Under the pieces are notes generated by a model that saw nothing but the letters and a program-made list of their open reading frames with translations, had not been told where the DNA came from and made no database searches. A program made the translations under genes and the position numbers. A DNA stretch of 64,000 nucleotides from Octopus vulgaris (Eukaryota), in NCBI GenBank assembly GCA_951406725.2, contig OX597825.1:35960001-36024000 (forward strand), given 5' to 3'. Positions 13,324 through 27,609 of the stretch are shown here, piece by piece (within the stretch, counting starts at the first letter, position 1; the number at the start of each line of letters is the position of its first letter).

Positions 13324-13588
13324 AAATAATAAATAAATGCGCCCTTTTAAAGCCTAGCCAGGCTCATGGGCCCGGTTTCCCAGTTTCAATGGCGCATGTG
13401 TCCCCCAGCTGGACAGGATGCCAGTCCATTGCAGCATTACTAATTTTTGCCAGCTGAGTGGACTGGAGCAACGTGAAATGAAGTGTTTTGCTCAAGAACA
13501 CAATGCGTCGCTCGGCCCAGGAATCAAAACCACAATCTTACGATCATGATGCTAACATCCTAACCACTAAGCCACGCACCTCCACTCA
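13324..13588 (-). mobile_element. tRNA-headed SINE family C, full length with TSD
   Basis: Minus-strand A-box-like TGGCTTAGTGG and B-box-like GGTTTTGATTCC; direct repeat agattagaatta at 13312-13323 and 13589-13600. Confidence 0.85.
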
Positions 13589-14446
13589 AGATTAGAATTA
13601 TGAAAATTTTAATTATTTTGCCAGTTGTTCATTCTTTTCAAAACTCATTGAAATATACATACCAAGACAGTGTATTTCATTGGAATTGTGCTGATGAAAT
13701 GGTTAAGTCAGGAACTAAGAGCTAGAATAACTACAAGATTTTTTTGCATTGGCAAAAGGTTTGACAATTGTAAAACAGGAGTACACACAATTGTGTATAC
13801 TGCTTGTAGGAACTGATTCCAGTAGGGCAGTGGTAAAATGCCTATTTAAACATGATAGAATATGAACCCAGAACATAGAAAGACAAAACCAAACTAAATA
13901 CTGCAAATCATTTAATTGAATACTCAACCATTTTCCTATAAGTACAGGGGATTGACAGAATAAATGGAGAGCATTGGACAAAAAACCTTGTAATGTTTAT
14001 TTACAGCTCATTAAATACTACTTTGCCTCCCATTCTTCTGGCAGGGACGAGTTGACAAAATAAAGAACTAGTCTAGTTTTGTGGACATACCTGACCCACT
14101 AACAAATGTGTGACCCTGTACAAAATATTAGAAATCAATAACAATATTCATCATCATAATATTGGTGGTTGTTTAGCCTTGATAAAGTTGACCATTGATC
14201 GAAAACATTCAAATATCTGTGACCACCATCTACTTTTAAGATACAGTGTATCATCATTATTTAACATCCACTTTTCAATGTTTACAAGAGTTGAATAGAG
14301 TTTATTTGAAGCAGATTTTCTACAGCCGGATGCCATTCCTATCACCAACCCTTGCCTGTTTCCGAGTAAGGTAGTATTTCCCCCCTGGTCAGACATGCCT
14401 TCACAGAATACTGGAAATGAATAACACTACTTATTTATGACAGTGA

Positions 14447-14750
14447 GTGAAGGTGCATAGCTCAGTGGTTAGAGCATTGCGCTTACAATCATGAAGTTGT
14501 GAGTTTTATTTCCAAACCAGGCTGTGTGCTATGTTCTTGAGCAAGACACTTTACTTTTCATGTTGCTCCCGTTCACTCCACTGGTGCCACTTTGCTTTTC
14601 CCTTGGACAACATCAGTAGTGTAGAGAAAGGAAGCTGGTATGCATGGGCAACTGCTGGTCTTCCATAAAAACAACCTTATCTGAACTTGTGCCTCAGAGG
14701 GGAACTTTCTAGGTGCAATCCCATGGTCATTTTGTCACCGAAGGGGGTCT
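14447..14750 (+). mobile_element. SINE with a family C-type head, inserted in a family D remnant
   Basis: tagctcagtggttagagc head and gttcttgagcaagacactt body; flanks at 14250-14445 and 14760-14820 are continuous family D sequence. Confidence 0.7.
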
Positions 14751-15040
14751 TAAATATAAGAGTGACACTCATTTACAACTATCATGCAATACCAAGATGA
14801 AGACACACCCACACATATTATCGTTATTAGCATCAACATTTAACAACTTTTTCCTTGCTGGCATAGCTTGGATGATTTGACAAGGAGTAGCAAGGCCAGA
14901 GGCCACACCAGATTCCATAGTTTGTTTTGGCTGGATGCCCTTCCCAAAACCAACCACTTTACAAAGTGTTTTTTATGCGGCACCAGCACCCACACCAATG
15001 CTTTTGATGTGGCATCCTGGTTTTAGGATCTCAATTCTGT

Positions 15041-15094
<54 letters not shown>

Positions 15095-16164
15095 CATACA
15101 TACATACATACACAAATATAACAAGCTTCTTTCAGTTTCTGTCTACCAAATCTACTCATGAGGCTTTAGTCAGCCCAAGGTGCCATGCAGTGGGAGTGAA
15201 ATCAGAATCATATGGTTGGGAAGCAAACCTCTTACCACACAGCCACACCTATTAGCCAATGTATCTTCTTTTTTGTTTTCTTTTTAAGATAATAGAGTGT
15301 AATTTGAGAAAGATCTGTGAACAGGTTCTCTTGGAGGATTGAAAGAAAGGATTATTTAATGACATGTGACTGTGTGAACAGCTGTCAAAATGCCAAAAAT
15401 AAAAGGTGACACAGTCACAGCTAAAACATTTTTGATAATTCATGGGTTCTTTATGGCTATTCTGGGACTAGACAATTACACTACAGCACAGTAGAGTACA
15501 CTACAACAAACCAACATGAGAGCCTCTACATGACCACTTGAACTGCAAGAAACAGCAGCCAAATCTTTCTCAAAAAGAAAGAGACATCAGACATGTCATC
15601 CATGTAAACATACAATGTCTGAATTTTAAAAAATAATTTAACTAACTGTTGTAACCTTAAGTCATTTTATGATGTTATCATACAACATGTTATACACTGT
15701 ACTTTCATAAAGAACCATCTGACAAAGAACCTCTGCATAGAAGTTCAACCAGCTAAAAATAGCAACCAAACCTCCCTCAAAGCACCTCTTACCAATATAC
15801 AAAGCATGGATAATGTAGTCTCTAATGCTATGTCTGGGAAAAACAGTAGCATCATCACAACTGGGAGGTGTTTCATCATGGGTTGGATCAATCATAGCTG
15901 ACATGGAGCTAAACAATAACAAGAACATTAACAGCAGAATCAACAACATTTAATAACAACAATAACGAACAATAGTGCTTCTACATAGCTGTTTGACTTG
16001 TTAGAAATAGCACACTCTACCATTCAAGGAGACTGCTGATGATCTGAATCAGCAAAAAAGGACACATTGGACATTGTCATCCTAGAAATACACAGCTGGA
16101 ACAGTTTCAGCTAAATTACTACACAAACATAGCTGGTCCCAGAGATAAAAAAAAAAAGCAACAA

Positions 16165-16618
16165 TGTTGCGAGTGGAGTGCTAAGAGTACCATATGAGTG
16201 AAATTGTTGCCAGAGCAACAAGCTGGCCTCTGTGCCGATGGCATTTTAAAAACACCATTTTGAGCGTGATCGTTACCTGCGTCGCCTTACTAGCACTTGT
16301 GCTGATGGCATGTGAAAAAACATTTGAGCAAGGTCGTTGCCAGTGCCGCTGGACAGGCTCCTGTGCAGGTGACACATAAAAAGCACCATTTGAACGTGGC
16401 CATTGCCAGTACTGCCTAACTGGCCCTCGTGCCGGTGGCATGTAAAAGCACCCACTACACTCTCAGAGTGGTTGGCATTAGGAAGGGCATCCAGCTGTAG
16501 AAACTCTGCCAGATCAGATTGGAGTCTGGTGCAGCCATCTGGTTCGCCAGACCTTAGTCAAATCGTCCAACCCATGCTAGCATGGAAAGCAGACGTTAAA
16601 CGATGATGATGATGATGA
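16165..16618 (+). mobile_element. SINE-like family D with internal tandem sub-repeats
   Basis: Repeated gtgcc.gtggca...aaaagcacc units, then cccactacactc...catggaaagcagacgttaaac and (GAT)n. Confidence 0.85.
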
Positions 16619-16938
16619 CTATGTTCATGCCTTTTCCACAGATATTTGGGGCAACAATAAATAATAGCTGTTATGATTTACTTTCAAAAGATCTATGGCC
16701 GAGTTTTGTTAACAGGAAGGAAGTGGGATTGGTGCACAGGCATTTTACTGTATTACTGGTACTTTATATCTTATTGATACTGTTACAAAGAAAGGATTGG
16801 ATAAGGATTGTAAAATAAGAGAGAAAGAAAATAAACAACTAAGAAATATGAAATAATCTTCAAATTTACAAGTTGTTAAAAATGATGAAACACCACCAAA
16901 GGGTACTTGTGTGTGAGTAATGTGTGTGTATGCGTATA

Positions 16939-18465
16939 CAGTGTACCCCGGTTTATTCACAGTTTGGCATTTGCAGTCCCGGTTATTTGTGGAATGAATT
17001 TGTGGGAAACCACCGCATATTTGCAGAATCATAAATACTGTCCGCAATATTTTATGACCTTTTTCATGGTAATCTCTCTCTCTCTCTCATTATTATTATA
17101 GATTACTGTATCCACTGGTAACACAAATTAAATTTTTCAAAACCATGACTATTTTTAATGTCTACTGAATCTCTCATTGGTGGTATGCACATATTAGATG
17201 CAAGGAAGATTTTTTTGTACATTTTTGGGGGAAAAAACTACATCCAGTAGCTATCTCGAGTGTTTTGTTGAGTGTTGAGTTTTTCGCAGCATGTTATTAA
17301 AGCCCTAAGATGCTATCTAAATGCCCTGAACCTTCCAAGACTTCTGGCAATGAACCTACGTGCCAGAAAAAGGTTACGACATTTCATGAGAACATACAAC
17401 TGCTGGATATGCTCCAAGAAGGTCAAAGTTATGCTGCAGTAAGTCACTGTTATGTCAACAAAAGTGCTATATGCTGGTGGTCACTCTTTGGATTTGAATC
17501 ACGAGGGAGTCCAAGTCAAGTTCTTCCCTGCTAACACTACCTTTGTTGTCCAGCCTATGGATCAAGACGTGATCTGTGCCTTCAAGGCACTTTACACTTG
17601 GAACTCTCACCAACATCTTGTGGATGCAATGGATTCGGACAAGAATTTCAAGTTATAGGAGTACTGGCATAATTTCATGATCATAACGAGCCTGTCAGTC
17701 ATCTATGCTCTTAAAGATATGAAAAAAGAAAACCTCATCACATGCTGGAAGAAGGTGTGGCCAGAGTGTTTCTAGGACTAGGAGGGTTTCTCACTTGAAG
17801 ATATTCAGCACAAGGCTGCCAACAATGCAGTAAAACAGGCAAAGATAATTGGAGGCAAAATTTTTTGACAACATCATGTAAGATGAGGTCAACAATCTCA
17901 TCAATGCCCATTCTGAAACCCTGACAGATGAAGTTGCCAGTGAAGAGGAGGGGGAAGTGCCAGATCCAGAGGAAGATGAGGTGGGCCCAACAACTGAACA
18001 TCTGTCCAACCTTATAAGGACAGCAAAAGAATTGCAAGGAGAGGCAGAAGCATAAGATCCTTATATGGTGTGGTCTTTCCAATTTAAAAATGCCATCAAA
18101 GCTGCTATTGCAGACATATAAAACTCTCCTCACCAACAGGAAGAAACAATGACAGCAACATTCCATCACAATGTACCTTAAGTCCACTAAGAAAGCCTTG
18201 CAAGAAGATAAGACACCTGAAGAGCTTTAAATCTTCTTTGCTGTGCAGTCATTACCTTCATTATTTTCATCATCATCGTCTTAAATCAATATCATTTATT
18301 ATTGATGAGTAACCATACATTTTACTTTATTTTTCATTAAATTATTATTATTATATATATAATATTTTACATTAAATTTTGACATTACAGGCATTTTTAC
18401 GGATCACGTCCAATATTCGCGGGTACTCTATGAACGTAACCCCTGCAAATACTGGGGTACTACTG
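16939..18465 (+). mobile_element. pogo/Tigger-like DNA transposon, internally deleted and decayed
   Basis: TA-CAGTGTACCCCGG start and GGGGTACTACTG end; CENP-B-type HTH remnant (KKVTTFHENIQLLDMLQEGQSYAAVSH) joined directly to a DDE_1 remnant (VQVKFFPANTTFVVQPMDQDVICAFKALY). Confidence 0.9.
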
Positions 18466-18601
18466 CATACATACATACACACCTATATCTGTGTGCCTTG
18501 TAATCTTGTAATTAACAACCAGGTGTCTAGCTGAATCAACAATAAATCTAAAGAATGTCCTTAACTATTCAAAGTTGGAATGTGAGGACTCTACTGAGCC
18601 C

Positions 18602-18815
18602 TTAACTCTTTGGCATTCAGATTACTGTCAAATATATTGTTTATCTATTTACATTGTTTTGAATTAATCATAGCTTTGAGGCTTCAATGATGTGATTGTT
18701 TATTTTTAGAATGACATTGTAGGGTAGGTGTGAGAGGCAAGATCTGGCTAGTTTGAACATAAAACAAGTAGAATATTTGGGCCAGATATGGCTGGTTTAA
18801 ATGCTAAAGGGTTAA
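18602..18815. mobile_element. piggyBac-like MITE (family P)
   Basis: TTAA at 18602-18605 and 18812-18815; termini CTCTTTGGCATT / AATGCTAAAGGG. Confidence 0.75.
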
Positions 18816-18899
18816 AGCATCTGAGACCTGAATGAATAGTTTTTATTGCACACGAAATTCAAATTTTCAATTACAGATGCTACGTTATGAAATGAAAGT

Positions 18900-20560
18900 A
18901 GAATATTTAGATAGAGTAACTTAATTGAGAATGTTGGAGGTCATCCCCTCTTCTAGAAAGGAAGACCAGCTGATGATGTGTGTACAGATGGAGTTGGTTT
19001 CAACATAAGAATGATTTGGGAAAAGATATTCAATATTTTAACAATCACTTTTCTCAGTCATCAGTGCTAATGCTTCAATTTGTGTGAATGATAAAGAAAA
19101 TATTGATGTTTCTTATGAATTATTGTGCAAAATCCGGTAGCCTATTTATTAATGCTATTGATAAAATTTTTCTTACCAGGGACTTTAATTCTCATGTTGT
19201 AAGAAACTACAGATAATGGTCAAAATACTGAAAGGAATGAGAGTATTTAAATGCAATGAACAAGGGCTGCTACTTCTGGAACTTAATTCGGATTTTGAAT
19301 TTATTATAACTGGCAGCATTTTTCACTAAAATAGCAAACACAAACGGTGACGCTTCTACTATATGGATGCATCACCATTCTAAGTATTGGCTTTTTATTG
19401 ATTTTGTCATCACATGGAGACAAGACATATCAGATGTGCAGCAGAGTAGATCAATACAATCTGTCCATGGCAGTTGTACGGATCATCACCAATTAAATAA
19501 AAAATTCAAATAAATCATTCAAAACCCCAACATAATGTTTGGGAGGAAGAAATTAATTGTCAAATGTCTTCCAGATTCCAGTATTAGCAATAATTATTGT
19601 ACTACCTTTAACAAAAGATTTTGTAATCAACCAGTTTGTGAAATCACAGCTGAAGAAGAGTGGAGTTTTTTAAAATTATTGATACTTGATGCTACAAAAG
19701 AAAATTTTGGTTCACCCAACTGGGTTGATGAAATCTCTAATTACAGAGACAAAACTTATCAGAATTCTAAAATCAAAGACAGAATTTAGTCAAGTGAAAT
19801 CAAAGCAGAAACAAAAGACTTAGAATTATGCAGAATCAATGGGGAGTTGATGAAGCCATAGAAATACAAGATTATGCAAACAGGAACCAAATGAAGAAAC
19901 TACTTCGAATTTCTTTAAAGGTTTTGGGGGCCCACAAAAATGAGAGCCAAGTCAAATAATTCTGCAGACAGAAATTTCTAACTGAGACAGATACGAAGCT
20001 AGAGAAATGGCAAAAACATTTCAAAAATTCAATCATTCATCAAATGTGCCACTTAAAAGTACTGACAATGTCCTACAGCAAATTATTTCTCTACAACTGA
20101 TGTCCCATCTTCATTGCAAGAATTTGGTAATGATAGTCTCAAAGAAATGAAACAGTAAATCTGCAGAACTAGGTAAAATTCTAGAGAATTTGTGAAATGT
20201 AGTGTCTAACTTCACTTAACTAAGATTTACCACCAAATCCTCTGTATCTAGGAAAAAGATAAAGTACTTAAAGGTTTGAAAAATATACCATTACAATATT
20301 ATTAACAAAGTGTGAAAACTGTGGGAATAATGCAGAGAAGACAGATATTCACGTATCTGTCATCTCTCCATTGTTGGAAAAATTCTTGCAAAAATTCTTC
20401 TTGATAGATTGGTTCACATTGAAGAATAAATTCTGCTAGAAAACAATATAATCAATCAATAAGGCCATTTCTTTGTGACAGATCCAGGAAAAAGTAAACA
20501 GAAAAGCCTTCACAACATCATGGAAAATTTAAATGGAGAGAATGATGATTTTCTAAACAC
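18900..20560 (+). pseudogene. Highly decayed RTE/BovB-like LINE ORF (AP endonuclease to start of RT)
   Basis: Frameshifted remnants resembling GDFNSHV, NEQGLLLLEL, WMHHHSKYWLFIDFV, TDHH and LSIVGKILAKILLDRL, in the expected order. Confidence 0.75.
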
Positions 20561-20659
20561 TTTTCCTGGATCTGAAAGGAAAGGTCATACCAACCATTCC
20601 ATAATCAGGTCTAAATCTACATAATATATTAAGAGGGTCTATGTATGGACAAATCATAA

Positions 20660-20880
20660 TGATGATGATCATAGTTTTAACATGCATGTTTCCATGCTCA
20701 CATGGGTCAGACAGAATTTGTTGAAGCAGATTTCCCAAGGCTAGGTGTCCTTCTTGTTGTCAACCTTCACTTGTTTCCAGGTAAGGTAATATTTCCACAT
20801 GGTGAGACATGTTTCCATTGGAGATTGGAAACATGTATGGTGGTGATGCACTTTTACAACAAGGAGACAGGAGCATACAC
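20660..20880 (-). mobile_element. SINE-like family D variant
   Basis: Homologous to 7568-7815. Confidence 0.7.
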
Positions 20881-20897
20881 ACACATGCATGTGTTTA

Positions 20898-20939
<42 letters not shown>

Positions 20940-21729
20940 CATACAAACATATATATACACATATATACATACATGCAGTACGATCATTTCTGGATATCCT
21001 TGTTGCTTATTTTGATTTTAATCACCATATTTTGAAATTGTATGGATAATACTGTACTAAATTCTGATGCCTCAACTTAAGTACCATATTCATCTGAATC
21101 TATATGTAACATACATATATACAAACATACACACACACACACAGGTGCAGGTATGTCTGCTGGCTTGTATAATGCACGTGTTTATCTATGCTGATTCCCT
21201 GAAACTTGCTGAGTGACATTGTAATTTCTCCAACCAGCAAATAAACTACTGGCTTTGCAACTTCAAAGACATGGAAAAGAGAGAATTTACTTGAAAAGCA
21301 GGTAAATGTTAGCAACATGAAGGCCATCTGGTTGTAAAACAATGCCTTAATAAGATATGCATGTAACCCATGCTAAGATATAAAAATGGATGTAAAAATA
21401 AACAATGAATATGCAAAAATATACATATAAATGTATATGTGTGTATATAAGCACAAATATGTATGTGTGTGTATATATATATATATATATATACATATAT
21501 ACATATGCTTTTATTTATGTGTGTGTATGTATATAAATATATATATATATATAAGCACACAGAGATGCTTCTACCATAACCCCAAACAACCAGATTGGAG
21601 TGTGAATTTGAAATAGAAACTATAAAAAGCTGCATTGTAGGTATAGACATAACGATAGGGTTAAAGTGTCTACTGCTATAACCCTGTACTGGCTAAGGCC
21701 CTTGAAATGGATTTGGCAAGCATACACTA

Positions 21730-22015
21730 GAAGTGGTTAGGGTGTTGGACTCACAATCGTAAGATTGTGGTTTCAATTCCTGGACCAGGCGATGCATTTT
21801 ATTCTTGAATAAAACACTTCATTTCACACTGCACCAGTCCACTCAGCTGTAGAAACAAGTACCACTAGAGGAGGCACGTCACTTAGTGGTTAGGGTATTG
21901 GATTCACAACCGTAAGATTGTGGTTTTGATCCCTGGACTGGACGATCCATTGTGTTCTTGAGTAAAACACTTTATTTCATGCTACTCCAGTTCATTCAGT
22001 TGTAGAAATGAGTTT
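21730..22015 (+). mobile_element. Two tandem family C SINE heads
   Basis: agtggttagggt.ttgga.tcacaa.cgtaagattgtggttt...tcagctgtagaaa occurs twice, about 145 bp apart. Confidence 0.8.
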
Positions 22016-22117
22016 AACCTGGAGAGGGATGGGCTCCACCAAGCTTTCTTACCCAAGATACGTTGCATATATATCATTATTGTTTAGCATCCGCTTTCCA
22101 TGCTAGCATGGGTTGGA

Positions 22118-22170
<53 letters not shown>

Positions 22171-22644
22171 ATTCTGTATCATGGTTGGTGTTAGGAAGAG
22201 CATCTAGCTGTAGAAATCACACCAATACAGACACTGGAACTTGGATCAGTCCTCTGGCTCACCAGCTTCTGTAAGTCCATCCAACTCATGTTTGTATGGA
22301 AAAGGGGTGTATGGTGATGATGACAATGATGGTATGATTGTCATCATAATTTTAGCATCTACATTTCCATGCTTGCATAGGTTAGGCAGGTTTACATCAA
22401 GGCAGTTTTTCTACAGCTAGATGCCCTTCCAGCTTTTCCAAGCAAGATAATTATCTCCCAATCTATCAAACATAAAAACCCAAACATGATTGTACAGAGA
22501 ACTGAAAACAAATAACACTGTTTAAATGAGCCTTTTGTTTACAAAAACACAACCTATCAAGATACCCAAAACTTTGTTTTGTAGTAGAATGCAAGCAAAC
22601 AACACCATTCAATAGGCTATTGTATATATTCAGTGAGCATATGT

Positions 22645-22992
22645 GCAGGCATGGCTGTGTGGTAAGAATAGGTGCAGGCATAGCGGTGTGAACCACATGG
22701 TACCTTGAGCAAATGTCTTATACTATAAGCCTTGAATTGACCAAAGCCTTGTAAATGGATTTGATAGAGAGAAACTGAAAGAAGCCTGTTGCATACACAC
22801 AAATATAAATATGTGTGTTTGTGTTTGCACCACCACCACAGCTTGATAACTGATGTTTGCATGTTTACTTCCCCATAATTTAATGGTTCAACAAAAGAGA
22901 CCAATAGAATAAGTACCAGGCTCAAAATTCTCCTAGGTGATGCTCCAGCATAGTCACAGTCTAATGACTAAAACAGATAAAATATAAAAGAT
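22645..22992 (+). mobile_element. SINE family A, diverged
   Basis: Head, body and tail match, with deletions. Confidence 0.8.
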
Positions 22993-23839
22993 ATGTATGT
23001 ATGCATATCTCTATTTACATTTGTACTTCTCCAAAAATCTCAAGTTACAATCGGTAATAATGATGTATTTTTCCCATCAGTAAATTATCTGCTGGCTCCG
23101 CATCTCTGAAAATGTGTAAAAGAAGAGATGTCTTACCTAAAAGAAAAAGATAAAGGTTAGTGACAGAAAAGGTATCTGGCTGTAATCAACACAAGGCCTC
23201 GATGATATATTTGCCTCACCTATGCTATCATGGTAACATGGAGGTGGGCATAGAAACGAATGATGCTTGTGTGTGTGTTCTTGTAGTCACATTGTGTACT
23301 GATTGCAAACAAAGTTACTGTTCATATAAAAATGATGTCATTTGTTTGTAATCTTCCATCAGGTCATTGAACTGCTTATGGTCAGAGGACTAGGTAAAAT
23401 GTTGTCTTACTTAGAAACAAGGAGGTAGACCTCAATGAATTTTATCTGACCCATGCAAGCACAAAAAAGTGGAAATGAAATGATGTGAGTATGTGTGTAT
23501 ATACACACACACATATATATATAATCATCATCATTGCAGGGGTCAAATAAAATTTTGTGGGGGCAGAGTTTCTTCAACTAGATGCCTTTCCTGTTGCCAA
23601 CTCTCATGTTTCCAAATAAGGTAATATTCTCCTATGATAAGACATGTCTTCATGGAAGATTAGAAATGAAGGGCACAACTTGTATGAGATGGCATTAATC
23701 TTACAATTACTGCACAAAATCAAGGCAAGGAAACAGTAACACACACACACACACGCATGCAAGCACATAACAGGCTTCTTACAGTTTCTGTCTACTAAAT
23801 CTAATCACAAGACTTCGATTGACCTGGGACTATAATTTT

Positions 23840-24050
23840 TTCTACTATAGGCACAAGGCCTGAAATTTGGTGGGGAGAGGGCCAGTCAATTACATTGACC
23901 CCAGAGCTCAACTGGTACTTATTTCATCAGCTCCAAGAGGATGAAAGGTAAAGTCGGCCTTGGTAGAATTTGAACTCAGAATTTAAAGACAGATGAAATG
24001 CCATTAAGGATTTTGTTCAGCATAGTAACGATTCTGCTGGCTCGCCATCA
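23840..24050 (-). mobile_element. SINE family B (Nin/Deu-like domain) nested in a family A SINE (23770-24140)
   Basis: ggcacaaggcctgaaattt...atgaaaggtaaagtcg...gaatttgaactcagaa; family A sequence resumes at about 24058. Confidence 0.8.
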
Positions 24051-24152
24051 TCCCTGTGACTTGCGCAAGGGACTACTCAATGGGATTGAACTTGAAGCTA
24101 TATGGTTGTGAAGTAAACTTCTTAGCATACAGCCATGCCAATGGGCATACAA

Positions 24153-24189
<37 letters not shown>

Positions 24190-24479
24190 CGTTCACACAT
24201 GTAACGTCACCGTTATTTTATGTCTACTATGAATGCTGGTGCTAACAGGAGTTGAACAGGTCATAACAATCTGAGCTAGTTGACATTTTGTGCTTGTTAT
24301 TGCCTTCCTAGATGGATCAGAGGACGACATCTTATTCGTACACACAATTTTGGATTTGGTTTCTATAGCTTGATGCTCTTCCTTTCATCAACCACATTAC
24401 AGGACGTACTGCATGCATTTTATTAGAGCACCAGGAGTATCCCCAGTACGACTAAAGAGTGATCGTTGCTCTATGACGT

Positions 24480-26350
24480 GTTCATTCAATCATGGCAAGG
24501 GACTGAGAAGGTGGATGGAAGAACCATGATGGATGGGTGAGTAGAAGACGCGAGATTATGATGGGAGAAACAGTAATTGCGATAAAAGGGTGGCAGAGAA
24601 TGAACGGATAGTAATAGAGGTGGACAAGAGCAAATGTAGAGGTGTTACAAGAGTGATTACAAGCAGAAGGAGTACTGATAGAGAGTACCAGGTACTTTCA
24701 TTACCAACACTAGGGAGATAAGTGGAAAGAATAATGATAAGAATATATACACACACACACACACACATACATATTTAGGCTAACTCAAGCACGGTACACA
24801 CATACTAACACAAACACGTACACACAAAATGGGTAGGTACAATATTTACATAAACGAGATACATACATACATATATACACACACCTTCATGCAAACGTGT
24901 GAAAATATATAAATACATAAACGTGTGACGCAAAGAAATATGTACTCAGGTAGACAGATAGATTGACAGACAGACAGAAAGATAAATAAATAAATAGATA
25001 AATAAATGTGTTAGAGTAAGAAAGTGGCAAAAACAAAAAACAACACATACTCGCTAAAGCCTGTTTATAGTGGAATGTGATGGGGTTGTAGGTAAACCAA
25101 GGCAGGACAGCAACATCGCTTTCTCTGTAGGATATACAAGTGATTATTGGTAAATCAGCTGAGTTGGCCTGTGTGTAAGATGAGTGTGAGTAGAGCAGTT
25201 GGAGGAGTGAGAGGTAAAGGCTGAGTAAACTGGAACAGAATAGTGAGAGTGAAAAAGAAATTGCGATGGCGACGAAGAGAGGAGCGGATTTGAAAAGAAA
25301 GAGGTAGAGGAAAATTTTCGATGCTGAGACAGCCAGATGGAGAAAGAGTGACTACAACATAGTTCGTGAGTGTGGAATAGAAACAGAGAGATATAAGATG
25401 GATCGACAAGATGCCAGCATTGAAGAGATAGACATTGATATGTATAAAAGGTAGAGAGACATCGATAGACAAACTGACATAGATGTGAGACAGACAGACG
25501 AATGGAGAGATAACGATAGACATAAAAGAGGAAAAAAAAAGTGCTATACGTTGGAGAATACAAAAAAATGTTGATTGTGAAAGAGTGATGGAGAGAGGTA
25601 GGTTTTTGAAGGAGAAAGGGAGAGATAAATATAGTCAGTGATGCTGAAAAGAGGAGACAGACAGATAGATCAGAACAAAGATGTAGAGATAGAAAACAGC
25701 TTGTAATGAGCAAACAAGAATGTCTACGTGGTCGCTCGGCATGTTAGAAATAGAAGCCAAATCCTTCTCAACTGACACACAAACAAGAAAAAAAGAAGGC
25801 AAGAAAAAAAAAAAAGAAAAATGACACACCGGATAATGTAGTCCTAGATACACGATATCTGAATGAAACAAAAAAAAAAGTAGAAATAGTCGCGCTTGGA
25901 ACGTCTTTGAACCTAAGACTACACAATCAATTGACTTGGGTGATTCAACAAAACCCTAACTACCACTGAACACGTGAGCTGCTTGAAATAACAGCGAAAA
26001 TCTCTTTCTAAATTTATACTCTACTGTCCATAAAGCGTACGAAGGAAACATTGTATGAGGTAGTCCTAGAAATATTGTCTGAATAATCAAAAATGGGATG
26101 GTCACGGGGTTTTGAAGGTTTTAAACAACAGCGTTTTTTAAGAGAAGAGGAAGAGAGTGTGTGAATGATAGAAGGAGGGGGAGAAGTGGGTAGATGCACC
26201 GGATAAACTTTTAGGACAGTACTTAATAGACTAGACTAAGTATACAGAGTTGTGGGCTGGTGATACAGGCGTTAAGGGAGGAGGAGGAAGGAGCTGATAA
26301 AGAGAGAATCTTTGTATGTTTTGATTTAAGACTGGAGTAGGAGGTTAGTC
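24480..26350 (+). repeat. Purine (GA)-rich low-complexity region
   Basis: Strong A/G bias on the + strand with gaga/gaca/gata runs; this accounts for the S/L/F-rich minus-strand ORFs. Confidence 0.6.
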
Positions 26351-27185
26351 AATAGTATCCAATATTTTAGTGTACATCGTGTGTATGTGTGGCCGCACAG
26401 ATACATTAAAAATGTGTAAATCAAGCGAAAATGATTTCTAACGACGTAAAATTATTTCCTTATGTCGAAATGACAATACAAAGAAGTTAAATATTTTAAT
26501 AATATTAAGTATATGTGTGCGTATACACACGCATATTCTTTACACACAGACACACCTCCAAATATGTCATCTCTCTGACAACCTATATCGCTCATTCATT
26601 ATTGATGTGTTTGGGATTTCCGAATGATTAATACACTTGTTTTTTATGTTGCTGAGCCCAAAGTCAAATGCACCCATTAAATTTTCTTTTTACGTGTTTA
26701 CATAAAATCTGCATTATCTAAAATGTCCTTTTTTTGTTTTTAAGACAGTAGGTTGTGATTTCATATGATTTAGTCGTTACTGCTAACAAATCGACGACAG
26801 CATAGCGAGGTTTTCTCGTTTACTCGTCCATCTCAAAAACTTTCCCATGTTTGTATTTCACATATAAATTATAAAACAGGGGCCAGCCAGAGGTGTTTGC
26901 TCAACAGACTTCTATGTAAAAGCCAGGTGTATGTAAAAGAAACGTTTGTCACCATAGGTTCAACGAATGAAGGCTGAAGTATTGCAAAAATAATGAATTA
27001 ATTACCATGATTGAATTTTACTTTTGATGCTGCTTGCATCATATATATATATATATATATATATCTATATATATATATGATGCAAGGAGCATCGAAAAGC
27101 TAACTACCAGAAATTATGTGGTGAGGAAAAAAACAAAACGTTCATCAATGATATTTTGGGTGTTTTGGCAGGAACGGGAGACAAC

Positions 27186-27227
27186 TTCAAACATGTTTTG
27201 ATCTTTTCGTGGAGCATCTTCAGCGAA
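27186..27227 (-). ncRNA. Degenerate minimal hammerhead-like motif
   Basis: Minus strand: ttcg-CTGAAGA-tgctc...gatc-AAAA(for GAAA)-catgt-t-tgaa; palindromic ACATGT stem III; core mutated. Confidence 0.3.
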
Positions 27228-27609
27228 TCCGAAACTTCGCTGTACTTGTCGGAGTAGAAGGTAAAAGTTAATAAGTAAATATATACAAAAGCGCGAGTGT
27301 TAGAGTGGTTAAGAAATTCCTCTGCGACAATGACATCTCGGGTTCGATCCTACTGCGTGATGTCTTGGAATCCCGTCGAATAGACTGTACTTAGCCCACG
27401 CTGTGTTGGGTACACATATCTGTAGAATACTCAGCCATCTCACACGACAATTCATTAAATGAACAGCTTCGTTGATTGAACAACTGGAATATTCCTTAAT
27501 GAAAAAGACGTATGATCTACTTCTACACACACACACAGGTTCTTGTCGAAACACCGAGTCAGACCTATGACAAAAGATGTTCCACTTGTTTGACCATAAC
27601 CAGTTGAGC

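Noticed and set aside
13530-13585. tRNA-like A/B boxes (also at 14450, 21870, 27300 and 57240)
   Set aside because: These are SINE heads continuous with SINE bodies; no complete cloverleaf.
16220-16460. Regularly spaced repeats that could suggest a CRISPR array
   Set aside because: Degenerate internal sub-repeats of a SINE-like element in eukaryotic DNA; spacers are related to each other and there are no cas genes.
23050-23150. Minus-strand ttttAG|GTAAG recursive-splice-like site and a nearby acceptor (cattttcag)
   Set aside because: The AG|GTAAG lies in a diverged family D SINE; the downstream frames stop quickly and no strong donor follows. A UTR exon cannot be excluded.
25144-25713. 189-aa S/L/F-rich minus-strand ORF
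   Set aside because: A by-product of the GA-rich strand bias; no domain or splice support.
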